A stretch of DNA of 64,000 nucleotides from Candidatus Dormiibacterota bacterium (GTDB lineage Bacteria > Chloroflexota > Dormibacteria > Aeolococcales > Aeolococcaceae). Of the stretch, positions 37,272 to 47,427 are shown one piece after another. Position numbers and translations under genes: made by a program. The stretch lies in assembly GCA_963713485.1 (NCBI GenBank), contig CAVQLW010000005.1:333636-397635 (forward strand), read 5' to 3'. Under the pieces are notes generated by a model. The model had not been told where the DNA came from. It did not search any database and saw only the letters and a list, made by a program, of their open reading frames with translations. Position 1 is the stretch's first letter. Every line of letters starts with the position of its first letter.

Positions 37272-37330
37272 GAATCGTCGGCGATGGTCAACACCGACGT
37301 CTCGCCGGATCCGGACATGCGCTCGCGGCT

Positions 37331-37909
37331 GTGAGCAGCTCCGATCCAGGTACGCAGCACACCACCAGAACCGCCGACGCCGATGTGCTCCGTCGCGGGA
37401 TCGACAGCATCCTCGATGGCGCCTTGAACCGTCAAAACGAGGAGGGGCTCGCGCGGAGCCTCGGTGTCTCGCCGCGGCAGCTTCGACGCATCTTCCGAAT
37501 CAACATCGGGATGACACCGGACCAGCTCGCGCGTTCCATCCGAGCACACCTCGCGCGACGGCTGCTCGACGGGACCGAGCTCTCGGTCACGGAGGTCGCG
37601 TTCGCATCGGGATTCGGCAGCGTGCGGCAGTTCAATCGCTCGGTGCTCGATGCGTTCGGCACCGCGCCGCTGGCGCTGCGTGCGCGCCGGCGGCTCGGTG
37701 ATGCCCGCGAACGGCGGGCCGCGCTCGATGACTTCGTCGACGTGATCGCGGCGGTGTGCAGAGTCTCCTCATCGGCGGCACGCGAGATGGTGTCGAAACT
37801 CCGGTCGTCGGTACGGCAGGAGGGAAACGCTTGGCCGTGGGCAGACGAGGGAGGCCCGTCACTCTTGGGTCCGGCAAAAGCTCCCAGCGACCAAGCGCAT
37901 CCACATTGA
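37331..37909 (+). CDS. AraC-type HTH protein resembling only the central part of the Ada-AlkA regulator
   Basis: LARSLGVSPRQLRRIFRINIGMTPDQLARSIRAHLARRLL ... VAFASGFGSVRQFNR parallels residues of the 55005..56408 gene. It lacks the Ada Zn finger and the glycosylase domains. Confidence 0.65.
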   Translation: MSSSDPGTQHTTRTADADVLRRGIDSILDGALNRQNEEGLARSLGVSPRQLRRIFRINIGMTPDQLARSIRAHLARRLLDGTELSVTEVAFASGFGSVRQFNRSVLDAFGTAPLALRARRRLGDARERRAALDDFVDVIAAVCRVSSSAAREMVSKLRSSVRQEGNAWPWADEGGPSLLGPAKAPSDQAHPH

Positions 37910-38052
37910 CGCATGCGGCGTGAAAACGTAATCGCCATTCGCACGTGACCCGGCCTTACCACTGGTCAACCACTTTGCCCTTGGCAGCCATGCCATTTCA
38001 CGTTGCGTCCTGCAGGATCTGTCTCTCGATGTATCGGTGAGGGTCGCTCCGT

Positions 38053-38081
38053 GCATCACCCGCTGGAATGAATTTGCCGCA
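38053..38081 (+). promoter_or_regulatory. conserved box GCATCACCCGCTGGAATGAATTTGCCGCA
   Basis: One of three related plus-strand boxes (also at 45693 and 47293). It lies 77 nt upstream of the SBP1 ATG. A companion box TGCCATTTCACG is at 37991..38002. Confidence 0.5.
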
Positions 38082-38157
38082 TCTGACTCGTGGAGCTTAT
38101 GGGCGCTCCCTAACGTTCGTCGACACATCAAACGCCCATGGTTCGCGAGGAGACGCT

Positions 38158-39978
38158 ATGACATTGGATCACTGGTGGCGGAGCAAGATGCTTCCCACCG
38201 CGGTGCTCGGAGTTGCCGGGCTGCTGGCAGTGGCGGCGTGCGGGAGCACCTCCTCGGGCAGCGGCAACAACTCGAATACCCTTGCGACCTCACAGGTCCT
38301 GCACTTCCCCGTTTTCCAGGATCCGGGGACGTGGGATCCGGGTGAGATGGATGCCGAGGTCGATTCCGAGCTCATGCAGAACGTGTTCGACAATCTCTGG
38401 CGGTTCGACGACAAGCTCAACATCGTTCCGGACGTCGCGAGCGTTGTGCCGAGCGAGGCGAACGGCGGGATCTCCGCTGACGGGCTGACGTACACGATCC
38501 ACCTGAATCCGGCCGCCAAGTTCTCCAACGGCGACCCGGTCACCGCCAAGGACGTGCTGTACTCGTGGAACCGTGGCGCGGCGTTGCACGGCGCATACGC
38601 ATCGATCCTCGGCGCGATCCAGGGCTTCTCCGCGGTCCAGACCGCCGCCGGCGCGCCGCCGACATCGGGCACCCCGACGAGCTTCCAGGCCAACATCGAG
38701 AAGCAGCTCGCGGCCAACAACCCCGCGTTCGAGATGAACGGGCTCACCGCACCCGACGGCCCCAACGGCGAGACGGTGCAGGTCAAGCTCAGCAACGCCT
38801 GCGGGTGGTGCCTCACCGCGTGGACCCTCGAGGGGACCGTCGGCGCGATCGTCGATGAGAAGGTCATCAACGCCCCCGGCGTCGACCCCGTGAACTGGTG
38901 GCAGACCCCGGCCAACCTCATCGGCACCGGCGCGTACAAGCTCACCGCATGGGTCCCGAAGCAGTCGATCACCTTCACCAAGGTGCCGAACTGGTGGGGT
39001 TCCCCGAAGCCGACCCTTGACACGATCAACATCGACATCAAGGACCCGTCGACGGCGCCGACCACCGTGGACGCCTTCTTCCAGAAGGGCTACGACATCA
39101 TCGGCTACGGCGGCAACAGTTCGAACATCCCGCTCGCGAACATCCTTGCCGTCCAGGCCAACTCGAGGGAGAAGCCGGACCTGCTCGTGCAGCCCAAGGG
39201 CCGCACCACCTGGCTGAGCTTCAACATCGGCTACCCCTCCACCGGTGGACCGTTCGTCGGTGAGTCCGCCACCGCAAAGGGGCTTCGTCTCGCCTTCGAC
39301 CTCGCGGTGAGCAAGCAGGGACTGGCAACGACGGTCTGCCACAACCTCATCTGCACGGCGGCGACCGGTGGTCTCATCACGACCGGCCTGATCGGCAACG
39401 GCGGCCCGGGCAGCGACCCGCTCGCCAAGTACGACCCGGCACAGGCAAAGCAGCTGCTGCAGCAGTACGACCCCTCGGGCTCACTGACCAAGAACCTCAC
39501 GTACTCGTACAACGCGGGGAGCCTGAACGAGAGCGTCGCGGACTACCTGCAGAACGAGTGGCAGACCAACCTTGGGGTGCACGTCAACCTCAACTCGGTC
39601 TCCGACGCGTCGATCTTCATCAGCAACCGGCTCTCCGGGAAGTACGAGATGTCACGCGACGGCTGGCAGTTCGACTACAACCACCCGCAGGACTGGTACG
39701 ACAACCTCTGGGGCGCGATCGCGACCTCCGAGGGCGCCAACACCAGCGGGTTCGACGACCCCACCTACGACAGCACGCTGACCAAGGCTGACCAGGAGCC
39801 CATCAGCCAGGCGCTGTCGCTCTACAACCAGCTGGCACAGATCCTCCAGAACGACGACGTCTACATCCCGCTCTACTACTCGGTGGGCAACTTCCTCATC
39901 CAGCCGTATGTGAAGGGAGCCGGTTCGAACACCGCCTTCGACCACTACTGGGACGAGATCAAGATCCTCGCTCACTAG
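38158..39978 (+). CDS. ABC transporter substrate-binding lipoprotein, family 5 (peptide/nickel type), SBP1
   Basis: GAGGAG SD, lipobox LLAVAACGS and a family-5 SBP length and composition. Confidence 0.8.
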   Translation: MTLDHWWRSKMLPTAVLGVAGLLAVAACGSTSSGSGNNSNTLATSQVLHFPVFQDPGTWDPGEMDAEVDSELMQNVFDNLWRFDDKLNIVPDVASVVPSEANGGISADGLTYTIHLNPAAKFSNGDPVTAKDVLYSWNRGAALHGAYASILGAIQGFSAVQTAAGAPPTSGTPTSFQANIEKQLAANNPAFEMNGLTAPDGPNGETVQVKLSNACGWCLTAWTLEGTVGAIVDEKVINAPGVDPVNWWQTPANLIGTGAYKLTAWVPKQSITFTKVPNWWGSPKPTLDTINIDIKDPSTAPTTVDAFFQKGYDIIGYGGNSSNIPLANILAVQANSREKPDLLVQPKGRTTWLSFNIGYPSTGGPFVGESATAKGLRLAFDLAVSKQGLATTVCHNLICTAATGGLITTGLIGNGGPGSDPLAKYDPAQAKQLLQQYDPSGSLTKNLTYSYNAGSLNESVADYLQNEWQTNLGVHVNLNSVSDASIFISNRLSGKYEMSRDGWQFDYNHPQDWYDNLWGAIATSEGANTSGFDDPTYDSTLTKADQEPISQALSLYNQLAQILQNDDVYIPLYYSVGNFLIQPYVKGAGSNTAFDHYWDEIKILAH

Positions 39979-40062
39979 GAGAGCGCAACCACACGTGAAT
40001 CAAGGGGCGCCCGGCACGCGAGCCGGGCGCCCCGACGTCGATCGGGAGGTCTCTGAGTCGAA

Positions 40063-41019
40063 ATGCTGAGCAGGGGCACGTTGCTGTACATCGCCCAGCG
40101 GGTGGTGCTGATCGCCTTCACGCTGGTCGCGGTGTCGTTCTTCGTCTTCATCACTGTGCACAGCCTGCCGGGGAGTGCCTTCGAGAGCCAGCGCGTGCAC
40201 GGCAAGGCGCTGCAGCTGTTGCTCCACGAATACGGCCTCGACCGGCCGATCCTGGTGCAGTACTGGAGCTTCCTCACGAGCGCCATCCACGGCGACCTGG
40301 GCGTGTCATTCCAGATCCGTGGGTTGCCGATCACACCGCTCGTGATGCGTGAGCTGAGTGTCAGCGCCGAGCTCGGCGGCACCGCGCTGCTCATCACGAT
40401 CGGACTCGGCACCACCTTCGGTGTCATCGCGGCGATGCGCCAGAACACCTGGGTCGACTACACGCTCACCTCGATCGCGGTCATCGGGTACAGCGTGCCG
40501 AGCTTCGTGCTCGCCGGGCTCGGCGTGCTCATCTTCAGCTACTTCCTCCCCACGCTCACCGGTGGCGTCATCTCGTATCCCGCCATCTGGACGGGCACGT
40601 ACGGGACGCTCGTCGAGCTGTCGCTGCCGGCGGTGATCCTCGGCTTCTACACGTCAGGGCAGGTGACGAGGATCACGCGCGCCGCGATGCTCGAGGTCCT
40701 CCAGCAGGATTACATCCGCACGGCGAAGGCGAAGGGACTGAGGACGCGCGTCGTCACGATTCGTCACGCATTTCGGAACGCCCTCATTCCTGTGATCAGC
40801 ATCCTCGGTCCGCTGGTCATCAGCATCATCACGGGGAGCGTCATCATCGAGACGATCTTCGGTATTCCCGGTCTGGGCAAGGAGTTCGTGGAGAGCATCA
40901 CGGCAGCCGACTACAACATCACGGTGGCGGTGTTCACCGTGTACGCGTTGCTCATCGGCATCGCGAATCTCCTCGTCGACCTGCTGTACACGGTCGTCGA
41001 CCCGAGGATCCGGTACTGA
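40063..41019 (+). CDS. ABC transporter permease (DppB/OppB-like)
   Basis: Six TM helices. Conserved loop DYIRTAKAKGL...HAFRNALIPV. Confidence 0.85.
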   Translation: MLSRGTLLYIAQRVVLIAFTLVAVSFFVFITVHSLPGSAFESQRVHGKALQLLLHEYGLDRPILVQYWSFLTSAIHGDLGVSFQIRGLPITPLVMRELSVSAELGGTALLITIGLGTTFGVIAAMRQNTWVDYTLTSIAVIGYSVPSFVLAGLGVLIFSYFLPTLTGGVISYPAIWTGTYGTLVELSLPAVILGFYTSGQVTRITRAAMLEVLQQDYIRTAKAKGLRTRVVTIRHAFRNALIPVISILGPLVISIITGSVIIETIFGIPGLGKEFVESITAADYNITVAVFTVYALLIGIANLLVDLLYTVVDPRIRY

Positions 41020-41924
41020 TGGCCGCCGTCGCCGCTCCTGTTCTCGAGGAGTACGCCGGTGGGACCGTCGCCCGGGCGCAGGTCGGGCTGTGGCGCGACG
41101 GGTTCCGCCGCCTCAGGCGCAACCGGCTCGCGCTCGCGTCATTGATCTATCTCAGCGTGCTGCTCGTCATCGCGATGATCGCTGTCCTCTGGACGCCGTA
41201 CAACCCGGCGACCATCCTCCCCAACACGCTCACCTACCTGCCGCCGTCCGCGGGCCATCTGCTCGGCACCGACGACCTCGGCCGTGACCTGCTGAGCCGG
41301 ATGATGCAGGGGGCGCAGGTCTCCCTGCTCGTCGGTGTCGGCACGGCAGCCATCGTGCTCACCGTCGGCGTCGTGGTCGGTCTTGTCGCGGGATATTTCC
41401 GAGGATGGGTCGACAGCGCGATCAGCCTGTTCATCAACATCTTCTACGGCATCCCCGGGATTCTCGTCGCCATCGTCCTGTACCTCGTGCTGGGACGAGG
41501 ATTGCTCAACATCATGATCGCGATCTCCGCGACCGTCTGGATGGACATGGCCCGTCTGGTGCGCGGTCAGGCATTCGGCCTTCGCGAGCGGGAGTTCATC
41601 GAGGCGGCGCGTGCCAGCGGCGCCAAGTCCGGCAAGATCCTCTTCGGCCACATCCTGCCCAACGCGCTGGGTCCGATCATCGTGCAGGCGACCTTCGTGA
41701 TCCCCGCGGCCATCCTCACGGAAGCCTTCCTGAGCTACCTCGGTCTGGGCGTCCCGGAACCGATCGCCTCGTGGGGATCGATCGCGTCGGAGGGGTACCA
41801 GGCGCTGCCGCTTGAGCCGTACATGATGCTGTGGCCCGCGGTCGCGCTCTCCATCACGCTGCTCGCGTTCAACTTCCTCGGTGACGGTCTGCGCGACGCG
41901 CTCGATCCACGACAGCGGCGATGA
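41019..41924 (+). CDS. ABC transporter permease (DppC/OppC-like)
   Basis: The start overlaps the upstream stop. [20 protein letters not shown] and [11 protein letters not shown] motifs. Confidence 0.85.
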   Translation: MAAVAAPVLEEYAGGTVARAQVGLWRDGFRRLRRNRLALASLIYLSVLLVIAMIAVLWTPYNPATILPNTLTYLPPSAGHLLGTDDLGRDLLSRMMQGAQVSLLVGVGTAAIVLTVGVVVGLVAGYFRGWVDSAISLFINIFYGIPGILVAIVLYLVLGRGLLNIMIAISATVWMDMARLVRGQAFGLREREFIEAARASGAKSGKILFGHILPNALGPIIVQATFVIPAAILTEAFLSYLGLGVPEPIASWGSIASEGYQALPLEPYMMLWPAVALSITLLAFNFLGDGLRDALDPRQRR

Positions 41925-41967
41925 CAACGGCCGTGCGATACGACATCCGCGACATGTGCCTCGACAC

Positions 41968-43066
41968 GTGAACGACCCGATCCTCGAGGTGCGCAACCTC
42001 AGCACGCATTTCTTCACCGACGATGGCGAGGTCAAGGCGGTGCGCGACGTCAGCTTCACGATCGCGCCCGGCGAGACGCTCGGCATCGTCGGCGAGTTCG
42101 GGCTGCGGGAAGAGCGTCACCGCGATGTCGGTGCTCGGACTGGTGCAACGTCCGGGCAGGGTGGTCAAGGGCGAGATCCTGTTCAAGGGACGGGACCTGC
42201 TCAAGCTCACCAGGGAGGAGCTGCGCAACATCCGCGGCCGCGACATCGCGATGATCTTCCAGGATCCGCTCAGCTCGCTGAACCCGGTGCTGCGCGTGGG
42301 GTATCAGATCGACGAGGCGATGTACGCGCACGACAAGATCGCGGCGAACGCGGTGGAACAGCGCGGGATCGACCTGCTCAAGCAGGTTCGGGTCTCCGAC
42401 CCGGAGCGGCGGATCAAGGACTATCCGCATCAGTTCAGTGGCGGGATGCGCCAGCGCGCGATGATCGCGATGGGGCTGTCCAATCGCCCCGACCTGCTCA
42501 TCGCGGATGAGCCCACCACCGCGCTCGACGTCACCGTGCAGGCGCAGATCCTCGAGCTGCTGCGCGACCTCAACGAGCAGACGGGGGCGGCCATCGTGCT
42601 GATCACGCACAACCTCGGCGTGGTTGCGGGGCTGTGCAAGCGCGTGCTCGTCATGTACGCGGGTGAGATCGTCGAGGAGGGCACCGTCGAGCAGATCTTC
42701 GAATCTCCGCAGCATCCGTACACGTGGTCGCTGCTGCGCTCGGTGCCACGCATCGACTCGCGCAAACACGACCGCCTCCTCTCCATCGAGGGATTGCCGC
42801 CGGACCTCATCGATCTTCCCGCCGGCTGCAAGTTCAACCCTCGCTGCCCCTTCCGCATCGAACGCTGCTTCTCGGAATCGCCGCCCATCGAGAACGTCGC
42901 CCCATCGCGGCGCGCGGCATGCTGGGTGACGATGGGGCGTGCGTATGAGGAGATGGGCGCGGCCGGCATCCGTGACACGAGCCCGGGCGCCGCCAGTGGC
43001 GTGCATCCCAAGGGGCGGACGCCCGTGACGCGGGAGCCCGAGTTGATCGCGGAGACCGGCACATGA
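41968..43066 (+). pseudogene. ABC transporter ATP-binding protein (DppD/OppD-like), frame interrupted inside Walker A
   Basis: [11 protein letters not shown]...GETLGIVGE is in the frame of ORF 41881, while SGCGKSV...LSGGMRQR...[12 protein letters not shown] is in the frame of ORF 42023. Deleting one T in GAGTTCG (42094-42100) restores GESGCGKS. Confidence 0.85.
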
Positions 43067-44097
43067 CCGACATGCAGGTGCTCGCCCGCCCGACCGTGCT
43101 GCCGTCGGTGGAGCCGCTGCTGCGCGTCGTCAACGTCGTCAAGTACTTCAGCGCCGGTGTGGGGGCGTCGGTGAAGGCTGTCGACGGCGTCAGCTTCGAC
43201 ATCCTTCCCGGCGAGACCGTCGGCCTGGTCGGCGAGTCCGGGTGCGGCAAGTCGACCCTCGGCCGGCTGATCACCCAGCTCATCCCGGTGACCGCCGGCG
43301 AGGTCATCCTCGACGGCGTCGACATCACCAAGCTGCGCGGGGAGAAGCTGCGCCAGCAGCGCAAGCAGCTGCAGATGATCTTCCAGGACCCCTACGCGTC
43401 CCTGGATCCGCGCATGACCGTGGGCGACATCATCGCCGAGCCACTGGTCAACTTCAAGGTGATGAGCGGCAAGGCCAAGGACGCCCGGGTCCAGGAGCTG
43501 CTCCGCACCGTCGGCCTCAACCCCTACTTCAACAACCGCTATCCCCACGAGTTCAGCGGCGGGCAGCGCCAGCGCATCGGCATCGCCCGCGCCCTGGCGC
43601 TCAACCCCAAGGTGATCATCTGCGACGAGCCGGTCTCGGCGCTCGACGTCTCCATCCAGGCGCAGATCATCAACCTGCTCGAGGACCTGCAGCGCGAGTT
43701 CCACCTCACCTACCTGTTCATCGCCCACGACCTCTCGGTGGTGCGCCACATCAGCAACCGGGTGATGGTGATGTACCTGGGGCGGATCTGCGAGGTGGCC
43801 CCGGCCGAGGACCTCTACCACTCCCAGGAGCACCCCTACACGCGAGCGCTGCTCTCCTCGATCCCGGTGCCGGACCCGCGCATCGAATCGAAGCGGCGTT
43901 TGGTGGAGCTGTCCGGGGAGATCCCCTCGCCGCTGCACCCCCCGTCGGGGTGCCGCTTCCACACCCGCTGCCCGATCGCGCAGGTGCCCGGGATCTGCGC
44001 CGACGTGGAGCCCCAGCTCGAGCTCAAGGCCGACGGCCACCTCGCCGCCTGCCACTTCTCCGAGCAGGTGCGCACCAAGATCCAGGTGACCGCCTAG
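43063..44097 (+). CDS. ABC transporter ATP-binding protein (DppF/OppF-like)
   Basis: [24 protein letters not shown] and [11 protein letters not shown], plus a C-terminal oligopeptide-type extension with CRFHTRCP. Confidence 0.9.
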   Translation: MTDMQVLARPTVLPSVEPLLRVVNVVKYFSAGVGASVKAVDGVSFDILPGETVGLVGESGCGKSTLGRLITQLIPVTAGEVILDGVDITKLRGEKLRQQRKQLQMIFQDPYASLDPRMTVGDIIAEPLVNFKVMSGKAKDARVQELLRTVGLNPYFNNRYPHEFSGGQRQRIGIARALALNPKVIICDEPVSALDVSIQAQIINLLEDLQREFHLTYLFIAHDLSVVRHISNRVMVMYLGRICEVAPAEDLYHSQEHPYTRALLSSIPVPDPRIESKRRLVELSGEIPSPLHPPSGCRFHTRCPIAQVPGICADVEPQLELKADGHLAACHFSEQVRTKIQVTA

Positions 44098-44107
44098 CGC
44101 TGATCCT

Positions 44108-45583
44108 TCAGGCCGCGGACTTGAGGCGGATCACCTCGGCAAGCTCGCGGACCGCGCTCGTCAGCGCGTACTCGTCCGAGCCACCGAAACCGAGGATCAG
44201 CCCGTTGCGCACGTCGCCGCCGCTGTAGCAGGGCGAGAGCGGTTGCGGGTACAGGCCCTGGCGCGCCGCGCGACGAACCACGTCGCGATCGTCGATGTCG
44301 TTGGGAAGGTAGGCGACGAGGCAGAGGCCGGCGTCGGTGTTGCCGAGCGTGAGCAGGTCGGCGGCGTGATCGCGGATCGCAGTGATCAGCGCATTCCTCC
44401 GTGCGAGGTACACCGAGCGCATGCGAATGAGGTGGCGCGCGAAGTGGCCTTCCTCGAGGAAGTCGGTGAGCACCAGCTGGTACAGGAGCGGCGAGAAGAT
44501 GTCGAGACTCTCGCGGATCCGCGCGAATCGCGCGACCAGCTCATGTGGGACCACGACGTACCCGACACGCAGCGCTGGGAACAAGACCTTGCTGAACGTG
44601 CCGACGTAGATGACGCGGCCGTGGGCGTCCATGCCCTGCAGTGCTCCGAGGGGGCGGCTGGAGAAACGGTACTCGCTGTCGTAGTCGTCCTCGACGATCC
44701 ACGCATCGTTGTGCGCGGCCCAGTTGAGCAGCTCGAGGCGGCGGGTCATCTCAAGCGACACGCCGAGCGGATACTGATGCGACGGCGTCACGTACACCAT
44801 CCGGACCGGCGTCGCAAGCCGCCTGATGGCGGCGACGTCGATACCGTGATCGTCCACGGGAATCCGGATCACGTTCGCGTTCGCGATTCCCAGGGCCTGC
44901 TTGGTCCCCGAGTACCCCGGTTCCTCAATGCAGACCGAGGAATCCGGGGTTGACAACGCCAGCGCGCTGATGAGCAGGCCCATCTGCGACCCGGTGACGA
45001 TGAGCACCTGACCGGGATCGCAGTCGACGGCTCGGGCGGTGCGCAGATACTCCGCGATCGCCTCACGGAGCGGGAGGTATCCGGCGGGATCGCTGTACGC
45101 GAGGAGCTCATCGGGGAGCGTCCCGGCATGGTGGCGGATCAGGCGCGAAAAGGTCTCGTGCGGGAAGCGGTCGAGCGCAGGAAGGCTGACCCGGAATGGT
45201 CCGAGCCCCTCGTGCGGAAGCGCACCCGCTTTGAACGACGCCAGTGGCGCCGGACGGACGTTGGACCGCGAGGTCGGCTTGCGCACCGTGATGGGTCGCG
45301 AGAGCTCGTCGGGTATCCGGTCGCGAACGAATGTGCCCGATCCCACCTTGCCTTCGAGGTATCCGTCGTGCAGGAGTTGCTCGAATGCGCTGAGCACCGG
45401 GAAGCGCGAGATCTGCAGCTGGTCGGCAAGCGTGCGCGTCGATGGAAGGCGCTGCCCGGGAGCGAGCCGGCCGGCCACGATGGCCGCGCGGTAGCCGTCG
45501 TAGATCTGGATGTAGAAGGGGACCGAGGCGTTCCGATCGAACGGGATGTACGGGATCAATCCATCACTCGGCATCCTGTTCAT
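44108..45583 (-). CDS. MocR-type regulator (GntR HTH fused to an aminotransferase-like PLP domain), copy 1
   Basis: [41 protein letters not shown], then a fold-type I aminotransferase body ([25 protein letters not shown]). The start was chosen by analogy with copy 2. Confidence 0.8.
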   Translation of the reverse strand: MNRMPSDGLIPYIPFDRNASVPFYIQIYDGYRAAIVAGRLAPGQRLPSTRTLADQLQISRFPVLSAFEQLLHDGYLEGKVGSGTFVRDRIPDELSRPITVRKPTSRSNVRPAPLASFKAGALPHEGLGPFRVSLPALDRFPHETFSRLIRHHAGTLPDELLAYSDPAGYLPLREAIAEYLRTARAVDCDPGQVLIVTGSQMGLLISALALSTPDSSVCIEEPGYSGTKQALGIANANVIRIPVDDHGIDVAAIRRLATPVRMVYVTPSHQYPLGVSLEMTRRLELLNWAAHNDAWIVEDDYDSEYRFSSRPLGALQGMDAHGRVIYVGTFSKVLFPALRVGYVVVPHELVARFARIRESLDIFSPLLYQLVLTDFLEEGHFARHLIRMRSVYLARRNALITAIRDHAADLLTLGNTDAGLCLVAYLPNDIDDRDVVRRAARQGLYPQPLSPCYSGGDVRNGLILGFGGSDEYALTSAVRELAEVIRLKSAA

Positions 45584-45692
45584 CGGCGTGTCGAACCAGG
45601 GCCAGGATGAGTAATGGGCACCATCGAAAATAGACCTTGCGCTGCATGACCCGTTGCGCGACATCCCCCAACAGAATGAACTTCGTCCGCAG

Positions 45693-45723
45693 GCATCCCT
45701 CGCTGGAATGATTTTTCTGCGCA
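45693..45723 (+). promoter_or_regulatory. conserved box GCATCCCTCGCTGGAATGATTTTTCTGCGCA
   Basis: Third copy of the GCTGGAATGA box, in the MocR1/amidohydrolase divergent region. Confidence 0.45.
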
Positions 45724-45905
45724 AGGGTTTTCCGGGGTTTCCCTCGGTCGTCATCTGGCCTCATGTCGAGGTCCGCCAGGTCGCAGGTCGACATCAACGG
45801 ACTGGTGACCTGGACCTGCAAGGGCTGACGGCGAGGCGCTGCCCGCCCGGGCATGCGCGTCGCGCCGGTTCGACGAGCGAATCGTTGTGCCACGATGCGT
45901 GATCG

Positions 45906-46944
45906 ATGGAATGGACCGGTCCGGGCTTCGTTGATCACCATGCGCATCTCCTGCGCGCGGCGGGGCTCACCGCCGAGAGCTGGGGAAGCACGGAGGCAAT
46001 CCGCGCGCTGCACGAGTCATGCGCGCGGCGCGGTGAGTCTCCGGTCGATGCGATCGAGCCGCCCGAACGTGACGATCTCCAGGGCGTCCTGCGCGCTGCG
46101 CTGCACCGAGCGGCGTCGGTCGGGTTGGTGGAGGTCTGGGAGGCGGGCGTTCGGCATCCGTCCTACTGGGAGGCGCTCCTCGCGCTGCGCGAGCGGGGCC
46201 CGTTGCCGCTTCGAGTCCGGCTGCTTGTCGCTGCGGGCGATGGCCGAGCGAGGGATGCCGCCGCGCACCGGTGATCCGTCGCTCGACGTCGTGGGCGTCA
46301 AGTTCTACGCCGACGGTTGGCTCGGGCCGCGCACCTGCGCCGTGTCGTCGGGCTTCCACGATGAACCGGCCAACGACGGATTGCTCTTCGAGCCGGCCGA
46401 TCATCTCGCGCGCCGGATCGAACCGTTTGCCGATGCGGGGTGGCTGATCGCGACGCACGCGATCGGAGACCGCGCGATCGAGGCCGTGCTGGACGCATAT
46501 GAGCATGTGTTCGGTCACGACTGCCGGGCAGCGGCGCCGCGGATCGAGCACGCGCAGCTGCTGCGCCCTGACCTGATCGCGCGCATGGGGGCGATGGGCG
46601 TCGTCGCCTGCATCCAGCCTGGATTCGCCGTTGACGACAAGGAGCATGCGGACGCCGCCCTGGACGGTGACTGGCCGATGGCATACCGGTGGAGTGCGCT
46701 GCTCGATGCCGGCGTGCCGGTGGTGACCGGAAGCGACTACCCGATCGATCAGCTCGAACCGCTTCGTGGCCTCGCGAAGTTGTTGAACAACCCGTTCGAT
46801 CGGCTCTCACGCGACGTCGCGCTGCGACTGATGACGCGCGCGGACGCCGGCTCGGTCACGCTGTCCGCCGACCCGCTTGCGGTGGACGTGGATGCCATCG
46901 CCGACCTCGAGGTGCTCCGGACCGTCGCCGAACCTCAGGCGTAA
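45906..46944 (+). pseudogene. amidohydrolase-family protein (YtcJ/Amidohydro_3-like), N-terminally short and frameshifted
   Basis: GFVDHHAHLL metal-binding motif in ORF 45906..46274. VKFYADGWLG, ATHAIGDRA, RIEHAQL and VTGSDYP lie in the frame of ORF 45853..46944. The frame switch is near 46235-46250. Confidence 0.65.
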
Positions 46945-46951
46945 GACGTCG

Positions 46952-47223
46952 ATGTCGCGACCGCACCATCGCCTCGAGCCGGCTCTCGGTGGTCAGACGT
47001 TTCAGGTAATCCTGGCTGTCGTGCGCGAGATCCCCTGCGGCTGCACCGCGTCATATGCCGACGTGGCGCAGCGTGCGTTGGGCAGCAGGAGCGCCGCGAG
47101 GACGGTGGCGATACGTCGAGGGCAGGGATTCCTCATCGCCTCAGCGCTGAGGGCGTCGGGGGGCGGTGGATGGATAGCCAATTCTGGGGTCGTCGCGCCA
47201 TACCACTCTTGCCATTCTTCTAG
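46952..47223 (+). pseudogene. MGMT/ATL-family DNA-binding-domain remnant
   Basis: TFQVILAVVREIPCGCTASYADVAQRALGSRSAARTV resembles the methyltransferase DNA-binding domain. A possible continuation AGIPHRLSAEG lies in another frame. Looks degenerate. Confidence 0.3.
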
Positions 47224-47292
47224 TTTCCGACCTGCCATTTCACGCTGCTGCATAAGCGATTCCGCCGCTGAAGCTCGATTCGGCGCGGATGT

Positions 47293-47320
47293 GCATCACC
47301 CATTGGGGTGAATCTGCGCA
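47293..47320 (+). promoter_or_regulatory. conserved box GCATCACCCATTGGGGTGAATCTGCGCA
   Basis: Second copy, 108 nt upstream of the SBP2 ATG. A companion box TGCCATTTCACG is at 47233..47244. Confidence 0.5.
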
Positions 47321-47427
47321 GTCTTCGTTGGCCCGCAGAGAGACGCTGCGTATGGTGAGCAACATGGTGAGGTGCCAATCCGTGTCAGCGCGCAGCGAAG
47401 CAGAGGGCAGTTAGGAGTGTTTGTCGA

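Noticed and set aside
42430-44055. Long antisense ORFs. Examples: 42430..44055 (-), 47566..49200 (-), 60103..62478 (+), 34579..36243 (-), 21334..22497 (-), 17353..18531 (-), 55401..56500 (+)
   Set aside because: These are typical high-GC shadow ORFs opposite well-supported genes. Their translations are Arg/Pro/Gly/Ala-rich with no motifs. Only the 3' end of 55401..56873 is kept, as the ABM gene.
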